A stretch of 31,310 bases of DNA from Thermoplasmata archaeon (GTDB lineage: Archaea > Thermoplasmatota > Thermoplasmata > GCA-020350865): assembly GCA_020348445.1 (NCBI GenBank), contig CP070751.1, positions 3,591,750 through 3,623,059 on the forward strand, written 5' to 3'. Each line of letters starts with the position of its first letter. The stretch's first letter is position 1. The notes under the pieces are model-generated. The model did no database searches. It saw only the letters and a program-made list of their open reading frames with translations, and was not told the DNA's origin. The position numbers and the translations under genes were made by a program. Shown here piece after piece: positions 1-6,243 of this stretch.

Positions 1-78
1 CTGTTCATTGACGGTGAAGCGAAAGCTGTTGGCAGGGTCCCGAATGTGAAAGAAATAAAGAAATTACTTACAGCATGA
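1..78 (+). CDS. C-terminal fragment of a small thioredoxin-family (MTH895-like) redox protein, truncated by the window edge
   Basis: Frame 1 reads LFIDGEAKAVGRVPNVKEIKKLLTA* (TGA 76-78). This matches the typical 'aL.IDG.vk..GrvP...eIk.lL' C-terminus of small redox-active disulfide proteins. The CxxC is outside the window. Confidence 0.75.
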   Translation: MFIDGEAKAVGRVPNVKEIKKLLTA

Positions 79-87
79 GGTGAGAGA

Positions 88-408
88 ATGAGGTTGTTGG
101 CTGAATGGTTCCCAGAATTTGCAGAGGAGCTGGACAAGATAGATGATCTCTACAAAGATAAGCGGATGATAGAAGAGAAGACCTATCAGTTCATCTGCTT
201 TGCGACGGCGATAAAAGGTCGGTCCGCACCCTACGTGAGGAAACACTTCTTGGGAGCACTTGAAGCAGGAGCAACGGTAAAGGAACTGGCCTATATTATG
301 GCATTGGTCTTTCGTGAAAGTGCAGGGAACGATGACTGCTGGGTACACGATGTCCTAGATGACTACAAAGAGCTGATGAAGAGCAACATCCAGTGCTGTC
401 CGAAATAA
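88..408 (+). CDS. Carboxymuconolactone decarboxylase (CMD/AhpD-fold) family protein
   Basis: SD GAGGTGA at 77-83. Pattern 'IEEKTYQFICFATAIKGRSAPYVRKHFLGALEAGATVKELAYIMAL' follows the CMD consensus (L..k..eLi.la.a.......H...Al.aGat.eEi.e...). No CxxC; C-terminal CC. Confidence 0.8.
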   Translation: MRLLAEWFPEFAEELDKIDDLYKDKRMIEEKTYQFICFATAIKGRSAPYVRKHFLGALEAGATVKELAYIMALVFRESAGNDDCWVHDVLDDYKELMKSNIQCCPK

Positions 409-424
409 CCGGGAGGATGAATAT

Positions 425-793
425 ATGGTGGAAAAATGCCTTTGTGAACCCAATGAGATTATGATATTCCCCTGCTCAGGCGGCTCAAATGTGGGTCAGA
501 TTGCGAACGAGGCCGCAAAGAGCCTGACGACATTAGGAAAAGGCAAGATGTATTGTCTTGCAGGCATTGGCGGGCATATCAGCAATTTAATAGAGTCCAC
601 GAAAGCTGCTAAAAAGATAATAGCAATCGACGGCTGCCCCGTGCAATGCGCTAAAAAGACACTGGAACATGCGGAATTTAATGTGGATACCCATGTGGTG
701 GTTACCGAGCTTGGTATTAAAAAATCACACGATTTCATGATGGATATAGAAGAGATAGACTCTGTAATAGACCAGATATCTTCACAGATTTAA
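425..793 (+). CDS. DGC-domain putative zinc-binding protein
   Basis: Conserved CSGGSNVGQIAN, CLAGIGG and IAIDGCPVQCAKK motifs of the DGC family. SD GGAGGA at about 412-417. Confidence 0.9.
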   Translation: MVEKCLCEPNEIMIFPCSGGSNVGQIANEAAKSLTTLGKGKMYCLAGIGGHISNLIESTKAAKKIIAIDGCPVQCAKKTLEHAEFNVDTHVVVTELGIKKSHDFMMDIEEIDSVIDQISSQI

Positions 794-814
794 GAAATGA
801 TGGGGTCAATATAA

Positions 815-1618
815 ATGGCGAAAACTCATAAAAAAAACCAGCGTACTGATGGAGTTATTGTTGTCAGCGAAGAGAAGATGGAATGTGAATGGGTAAAATG
901 TCCCCAATGCTCCAAGAGAATCAAGTCAAAAAATTTAGCCCGTCATACCAAACGGGTACATCACAGGGAATTGTATATTGAAAGGCCACCTAGCCATATG
1001 AACGCCAAAACCATTGCAGCAGTGATTATTATACTCATTCTTGCTGTCAGTGCCTTGGGTTATGTATTTTTCATAGCTCCTGAAAATGAGCCCACCGGTA
1101 ATGGCCAGAGTAATAATCCCTCGAATCTACCAAATAACAACGAAACTGAATGGTGGGCATCCTACGATCCAGAATATTCTCAAGGCTCGAAAAATGATGA
1201 TTGGTGGATAAACTATCCCAACCAGCATCCAGATTCAGGTTCGGCTGTAAGCCATCTCGACTGGATCTTGGATTCTCTCCAAGACAAACCTGTTGTGATA
1301 TTGGACCACAGCGAAGGGTGTATTCCATGTATGAAACAGCAGGAAGATATGGATAAGGTCCTGGAGGAATATGGTGACGAAATTATATATTATGATTTGC
1401 TGGCCGATGGAAGTGACCCAAGAGCCTATGAGGCCTTTGATGTTTACGATCCAAATGGTGAACCTAACTACATACCACTAACCATAATGGTTACCAAGAT
1501 CAAGGACAATTCTGGAAATGTGAAAATTGCCTGGCACAGTGCAGAGGGTGCAACAGGAGAGGACTGGATCATATCTTACATGAAAGATTCGATATATTAT
1601 CACCACGAGAGCTCATAA
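815..1618 (+). CDS. Membrane-anchored thioredoxin-fold protein with N-terminal C2H2-type zinc finger
   Basis: CPQC-x11-H-x4-H, then one TM helix (IAAVIIILILAVSALGYVFFIA), an Asn/Pro linker, and 'VVILDHSEGCIPCMKQQ' CxxC plus 'YIPLTIMV' cis-Pro-like loop. The start could be the later ATG (MECEW). Confidence 0.7.
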   Translation: MAKTHKKNQRTDGVIVVSEEKMECEWVKCPQCSKRIKSKNLARHTKRVHHRELYIERPPSHMNAKTIAAVIIILILAVSALGYVFFIAPENEPTGNGQSNNPSNLPNNNETEWWASYDPEYSQGSKNDDWWINYPNQHPDSGSAVSHLDWILDSLQDKPVVILDHSEGCIPCMKQQEDMDKVLEEYGDEIIYYDLLADGSDPRAYEAFDVYDPNGEPNYIPLTIMVTKIKDNSGNVKIAWHSAEGATGEDWIISYMKDSIYYHHESS

Positions 1619-1624
1619 CCAGGG

Positions 1625-3043
1625 ATGAATGATATGAAACTTTCAAGCAATAAGAAGTTCTTGCTCGTATCGGTTATCATTTTACTCATTATACTAATCT
1701 CAGTCTTAGGCTATAATTATTGGCAAACATCTACGCAAAAGATTTCCCAAGCTCCTGATTTTCAAGCTGTTGATGTAGATGGGGTGTCGTTCTGGTTAAG
1801 CGACTTTCAAGGGGAAATCGTTGTTGTTCACATAACAAACATTGAAGATCCATTATGTATCGAGTGTGAGAAAGAACTGAGAGCGCAAACTGAGGAACTG
1901 GAGAAATTAAAAGAAACCAGAGACAATATAACAATAATAACGATAAACATGAGAAAAAATCCTTCTTCTGAAGATGGAAAATCATTGGCTGAGGATTGGT
2001 GGGGCGTGAATGTCACCTGGCATTGGGTTGAGGATTTTGACCCTTATCCAATTGCAGGTAAGTATCTTGATTATTGGAACATAGAAGGCGGAACCTCAAA
2101 TCCGACCATCCTCCTGATCGATGAGGAGCAGAGTGTCGTAGGCGTTTATCATGTTTATCAAATGGGGAAAGGTGAAATTGATGGAGTGCAAGATGCAGAA
2201 ACATTGTCCGATAAAATAGAAAAGGTCGAGCGAGGGGATTGGGAAGGATTTGAGGGAGAGATATCGCAACAAAGCGTTTCTTTCCTCGGTATGTTTGCTC
2301 TGGGCATTATCACATCTATATCACCATGCTCTATTGCTTTATTAATCACCATGTTCTCTTACATTATGACCTCGTCCGGGAGAGAGGAAGAGGACGATGA
2401 GGAAGAAAGTTCATCTTCAAAAGAGGGCTTCATCATCGGTATTGCATTCACCCTCGGTATGGCGCTCGTCTTTTTCATTATAGGCCTATTTATCTCATCA
2501 ATTGGGGGATTTGTCAGGGCTTCTCCATTTTTCTTTCTGGTTGCAGGCATTCTTCTAATAATATTTGGTATAAATAACATTAAATCGATAAGCGAAATGT
2601 TCGAACCGCTGCGTAACATTTTAAAAAGGAGTAATCAGTCTAAAACCTTAGAGGAGATAAAAGAGAAAAAGGGTTTTATGGCAAGAATTACCGGCCTTTC
2701 CGTTGTATTATTTCGTCACTCCATATTTTTCGGTGCATTCTTTCTTGGCATATTCTTTGCTTTAGGATGGGCGCCGTGTGCGATTTCACTTGTATTTCCA
2801 GTACTTATATGGATGGTGTCGCAGGACATATCTATTATCATGGGTGCATTGATGCTCTTTGTTTTCGGGCTGGGACATGGAATACCAATCATCCCCATAT
2901 CAACAGTTTCTAGAACGGTTAGAGGAAATATTGGCCAAAAATATATCTCCATAGGAAAGTGGATAACGAAGATATTTGGTATAATAGTGATAATCCTTGG
3001 TTTTGTATTTGCAGCTAGATACTTTGGCTATTATTTATGGTAG
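1625..3043 (+). CDS. ccdA: Fusion of an AhpC/TSA-TlpA-like redoxin (N-terminal) with a CcdA/DsbD-beta transmembrane electron transporter (C-terminal)
   Basis: Signal anchor; APDF..VDVDG..FWLSDFQGE, CIEC and NPTILLID redoxin motifs; then about 6 TM helices with two Pro-Cys motifs (SISPCSI, GWAPCAI). Confidence 0.85.
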   Translation: MNDMKLSSNKKFLLVSVIILLIILISVLGYNYWQTSTQKISQAPDFQAVDVDGVSFWLSDFQGEIVVVHITNIEDPLCIECEKELRAQTEELEKLKETRDNITIITINMRKNPSSEDGKSLAEDWWGVNVTWHWVEDFDPYPIAGKYLDYWNIEGGTSNPTILLIDEEQSVVGVYHVYQMGKGEIDGVQDAETLSDKIEKVERGDWEGFEGEISQQSVSFLGMFALGIITSISPCSIALLITMFSYIMTSSGREEEDDEEESSSSKEGFIIGIAFTLGMALVFFIIGLFISSIGGFVRASPFFFLVAGILLIIFGINNIKSISEMFEPLRNILKRSNQSKTLEEIKEKKGFMARITGLSVVLFRHSIFFGAFFLGIFFALGWAPCAISLVFPVLIWMVSQDISIIMGALMLFVFGLGHGIPIIPISTVSRTVRGNIGQKYISIGKWITKIFGIIVIILGFVFAARYFGYYLW

Positions 3044-3047
3044 AAAA

Positions 3048-3061
3048 GTACCGAAAGGTAC
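3048..3061. other. Short perfect hairpin just after the ccdA stop codon (GTACC-GAAA-GGTAC)
   Basis: 5-bp perfect stem with GAAA (GNRA) loop on +, starting 5 nt after TAG 3041-3043. Role unknown (3' end protection or terminator). Confidence 0.4.
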
Positions 3062-3239
3062 AGAAAAATTTGGTAATATTCTATGTTTTCTTTGTAAGAA
3101 TGGTCTCAAGGGATAGAAGCCTGATAATGTGGTAGAGGCATTTTCCTTCAACGACTATTTAAAACCTCGGCAAACCCATATATAGTAAAAGAAGTCCAAG
3201 CGGCTGAGCCCACTCAAATTATTTTATATTTAATACGTA

Positions 3240-3347
3240 GGCTCAGGCGGGCTCATCTCAGTTATTAACGATTTTATTTGATGAGCCCGACGCCTTTGCG
3301 TTATAATTATAGATGCTAATTTCTTAATCGCAAAGACTCCCTGAGCC
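3240..3347. ncRNA. Candidate structured RNA/ssDNA element (three-way junction), family unknown
   Basis: Closing stem GGCTCAG 3240-3246 / CTGAGCC 3341-3347; inner stem CGGGCTCATC 3248-3257 / GATGAGCCCG 3280-3289; inner stem CTTTGCG 3294-3300 / CGCAAAG 3329-3335. Transcription is not shown. Confidence 0.45.
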
Positions 3348-3452
3348 CTTGATATTAAGCTTTGGTTCCAATATGGCCCGGCCACTTTTACCTTTTTAAA
3401 GGGTACAATTCGATTTGCATTTCCCAGTGCTCGATGAAGAATTATCAATACC

Positions 3453-3504
3453 TTACCCCTACTTTTTTGTATTAATCGAAAAGTTTATAAAAGAGTAGGG
3501 GTAA
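3453..3504. repeat. 11-bp perfect inverted repeat bracketing the fic promoter
   Basis: TTACCCCTACT 3453-3463 and AGTAGGGGTAA 3494-3504; extends inward to 16 bp with one mismatch. Confidence 0.85.
3477..3492 (+). promoter_or_regulatory. Archaeal BRE/TATA promoter of fic
   Basis: CGAAAAG-TTTATAAAA, with the TATA about 27 nt upstream of ATG 3514, implying a leaderless or very short-leader mRNA. Confidence 0.7.
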
Positions 3505-3513
3505 TTAGGACAC

Positions 3514-4407
3514 ATGGTCAAGATAAAGAAAAAGGTCATCGGGAAACAGACTTACTATTATTTGGAGCACTCACTTAAGAAAAATAGTAAAGTAGTAAAA
3601 AAGGAAAAATACCTCGGTAAGAAGGTACCCGCTAACATCGATAAAATAAAGAGAGAGTTTCTTTTCGAAATTTACGAAGAGAGATGGTTTCCTATATTCG
3701 ATGCAATAAAGGAGAATTACTCAAGGGAAATCAAGAAGATGCCCAAAGTCGCCCAAGAAAAGGAATCTGAGACGTTCATGGTCAGGTTCACCTATGATAC
3801 CCAGAGGATAGAGGGATCAACTTTGACTCTTAGGGAGACTGCAGACCTTCTTGAGAGAGACATCACACCCAGGGCCAGGCCTCTTGCAGATGTTAAGGAG
3901 GCCGAAGCCCATAAGAATGTTTTTTATGAAATGCTAGAATACGAGAAAGATTTGTCTTTGCAAATTGTCTTGTATTGGCATAAAAAACTGTTCGACTCAA
4001 CGAAACCCAAGATAGCGGGTAAGATTAGGCAACACCAGGTGGCGATCTCAGGCAGCAAGTTCATGCCTCCTTTTCCTGCTGAGATATATCCCCTGCTCAG
4101 GGAGTTTTTCAAGTGGTATAACAAAAACAAAGCTATACTTCATCCAGTCGCTCTTGCGTCATTGGTACATGTGAAGTTCGTAACCATCCACCCGTATGCA
4201 GACGGCAACGGCAGGGTATCCAGGTTGTTGCAGAACTTCGTACTGAACCGCCACAGTTATCCTATGCTCAATATCCCATATGAAAACCGCAACAGTTATT
4301 ACAACGCATTGGAGAGATCCCAGACAAAAGATGATGAGAACATCTTCCTCCAGTGGTTCTTCAGAAGGTACAAGAGGGAAAATAAGAGATATTTAGGGGA
4401 AAATTAA
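3514..4407 (+). CDS. fic: Fic/Doc family protein (class II, autoinhibited) with N-terminal basic beta-sheet domain
   Basis: Catalytic motif HPYADGNGRVSR; N-terminal inhibitory (S/T)xxxE(G/N) motif TQRIEG; 'GKIRQHQVAISGSKFMPP' flap. Confidence 0.95.
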   Translation: MVKIKKKVIGKQTYYYLEHSLKKNSKVVKKEKYLGKKVPANIDKIKREFLFEIYEERWFPIFDAIKENYSREIKKMPKVAQEKESETFMVRFTYDTQRIEGSTLTLRETADLLERDITPRARPLADVKEAEAHKNVFYEMLEYEKDLSLQIVLYWHKKLFDSTKPKIAGKIRQHQVAISGSKFMPPFPAEIYPLLREFFKWYNKNKAILHPVALASLVHVKFVTIHPYADGNGRVSRLLQNFVLNRHSYPMLNIPYENRNSYYNALERSQTKDDENIFLQWFFRRYKRENKRYLGEN

Positions 4408-4522
4408 ATTAGAATTTGATTTATGGTAAGTCCTGGCACTCACATTATGTTTACGGATTCTTATTCCTGTGCACAAATGCTCCCCAAGTCCTATAAAAGT
4501 ACATACCCGTCTCTTACTGAGT

Positions 4523-4539
4523 AATAAAAATAAACAAAA
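4523..4539 (-). terminator. T-rich terminator candidate for the PLAT gene
   Basis: Reads TTTTGTTTATTTTTATT on minus, about 35 nt after the stop at 4575; oligo-T archaeal termination is inferred. Confidence 0.35.
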
Positions 4540-4574
4540 GGGTGGTGCGGGATTTTTGACGTGACCAAAATTCT

Positions 4575-5039
4575 CTATTTCTTCTCTTTTAAATACACCT
4601 GCAGTCCATACTCGTTTGCGAGCCAGATATCACCTGTTTTATAGAATAACCGTTTCTTGGGGCTCTCTCCGTAGAGTGTCACTTCCACCTCGTCCATCTT
4701 CCATGCATCGTCGTCGACGCCGCCTCTATGGCTGTGTTTTCTTAGGTACACGTAGTCGACCTTGTCCATATCTATGTGGCGATATTCCGGGTCATTCCAC
4801 TTGTGGGCCTGAAATGGATTCTTAGCTCCACTCAATGCGGCTCCATCCCATACGTCCCCGAACCAGAACTTTATATCGGTTCCCTTTTCGAAGTTTTTGA
4901 AACCTGGAACATCAAGGGGGAACTCACTCCCTCCGCCAGATCCCACGACCCCGATATAGATATGGTCATTGGTGCCAGCACCCGGCTCGTTTTTTGTCTT
5001 CAGCCTTACCAACATTCCTTTAAGTCCACTCACCTTCAC
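4575..5039 (-). CDS. Stand-alone PLAT/LH2-like domain protein
   Basis: GTG start with SD AGGAGGT at 5041-5047. 'VRLKT...AGTNDHIYIGVVG.GGGSEFPL....NFEKG' and 'WKMDEVEVT....F....WL' match the PLAT consensus. No signal peptide. Confidence 0.7.
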   Translation of the reverse strand: MKVSGLKGMLVRLKTKNEPGAGTNDHIYIGVVGSGGGSEFPLDVPGFKNFEKGTDIKFWFGDVWDGAALSGAKNPFQAHKWNDPEYRHIDMDKVDYVYLRKHSHRGGVDDDAWKMDEVEVTLYGESPKKRLFYKTGDIWLANEYGLQVYLKEKK

Positions 5040-5395
5040 TACCTCCTTTTCATTTTTGATTTAGCGGGTGTCTTTTGGGAAAGAAGGGGACTTCCACCAG
5101 CCCAAAAAGGCCCCTTCCGAGTCTCAAACCTCATCTTGTAAACCGTGTCCTCCCGTTCTTGTTGTTCATCAAATTAAGGGCTCACATCCTTGACCTGATT
5201 CAATATGCAATTGCATCCAGTCTTAGCGTAGTAATCTGAAGTCCTTTAACGGTATATGAATATAAATACTTAACCCCATTTATACTTACAAATAACCAAA
5301 ATTACCGATAGAAAATGACATATTGGCCTCTTCACGAAACAAAATAGGGCTTTTTCTTCTCCCTTTGCCACAGTGAGCTTTTTCTAAGGAAATCC

Positions 5396-5971
5396 TCATT
5401 TTTCCTCACTTTTATTTTCGTCTTCAAGTTCAGATTCCTTTAAGACATCCACATCAAGGGATGATAGATCTTCAAGGGAATCGATGTCTTTTCCAACCAC
5501 TTTTGGCTTTGGTTCGGTTGTGGTTTTCGCATCTGAATCTGTCTCTTTGATCTTGAACCAGAGCACGAGGTTGTCCACTATAAAATCATCGTACCTTTCA
5601 TCGGCATAGCCGATATGAATGTAATTGTCACCAGGCTTTAACCATCCCTTGGGTACTATTGCTATGTCCATCATCCATTCATTCTTGTTTTTGGGATGTG
5701 GTTCCAGAATATCAGGAAGCGGTTTATGGTTGAGAAAGAACATCTTATTATTGATCTGGTTGTGTTTTGTTCGACAGTGGAAGACTGCGAGTTCCTGGGG
5801 ATCCAAGTTGGTGGGAAGATTGAAGCTCGCGTAAAAAAGTGGTCCAAGAAACAGTCCGGCCTCTCCAATGGATGTGGGTTGATCGCCCAAATGCCTGATT
5901 TCCGCAATTATGACCTTGAATTGGGTTTCTCCGGGGATTTTATCGCCTCCCTCAATGCATCGGAGTATCAT
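5396..5971 (-). CDS. Hypothetical beta-sandwich (jelly-roll-like) protein with acidic C-terminal tail; start uncertain
   Basis: Open frame with 'HLGD...LN..PL..W....LKPGDNYIHIGY...DDFIVDNLVLWFK' pattern, similar to small archaeal galactose-binding-like domains. An SD-like GGAGGCGA lies inside the called 5' end. Confidence 0.65.
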   Translation of the reverse strand: MILRCIEGGDKIPGETQFKVIIAEIRHLGDQPTSIGEAGLFLGPLFYASFNLPTNLDPQELAVFHCRTKHNQINNKMFFLNHKPLPDILEPHPKNKNEWMMDIAIVPKGWLKPGDNYIHIGYADERYDDFIVDNLVLWFKIKETDSDAKTTTEPKPKVVGKDIDSLEDLSSLDVDVLKESELEDENKSEEK

Positions 5972-6243
5972 GTTTAGCCTATAAATAATTTCTTACTATT
6001 ATTTTCTTTAAATTGGCCAAAAATCACAGTTTCTGTAAGAAATACAAGAATGTACAAGTGCTTTGCTAGGGGAAGGTTATGTTCGAGCCTTGGATAGGAT
6101 GGTAAAATCGGTATATCCAAATCAGAAGTTTTGATGAAGATAAAAGTGGTTTTAACTATTACCATCTTTTATAACGGCACACAAACAAATTTATACTGTA
6201 TTGATTATCCATTTATGCCATAATCAATATCCATATTTGGGAG

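Noticed and set aside
1616-1627. In-frame junction between the Zn-finger-Trx and redoxin-CcdA genes (possible read-through)
   Set aside because: The stop is TAA (not Sec/Pyl-recodable) and the downstream gene has its own signal anchor; a 1-in-3 chance coincidence. The same holds for 29643/29719.
3279-3344. Box C/D sRNA or hammerhead reading (TGATGA ... CTGA)
   Set aside because: Box C lacks the leading purine and is buried in a 10-bp stem, there are no clear C'/D' boxes, and the hammerhead GAAA core is missing.
3374-3405. Small palindromes TGGCC-C-GGCCA and TACCTTT/AAAGGGTA
   Set aside because: Too short or weak to distinguish from chance; noted only as part of a palindrome-rich intergenic region.
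3230-3448. 72-aa minus-strand ORF
   Set aside because: No SD, no recognisable motif, and it runs across the inverted-repeat element; more likely incidental.
5178-5184. Additional GGGCTCA copy upstream of the PLAT gene
   Set aside because: A few copies of any 7-mer are expected by chance in 31 kb, and there is no surrounding structure like that at 3201-3350.
5974-6165. 63-aa minus ORF in the divergent promoter region
   Set aside because: AT-rich, no motif, and it overlaps the putative promoter of the 5396-5971 gene.
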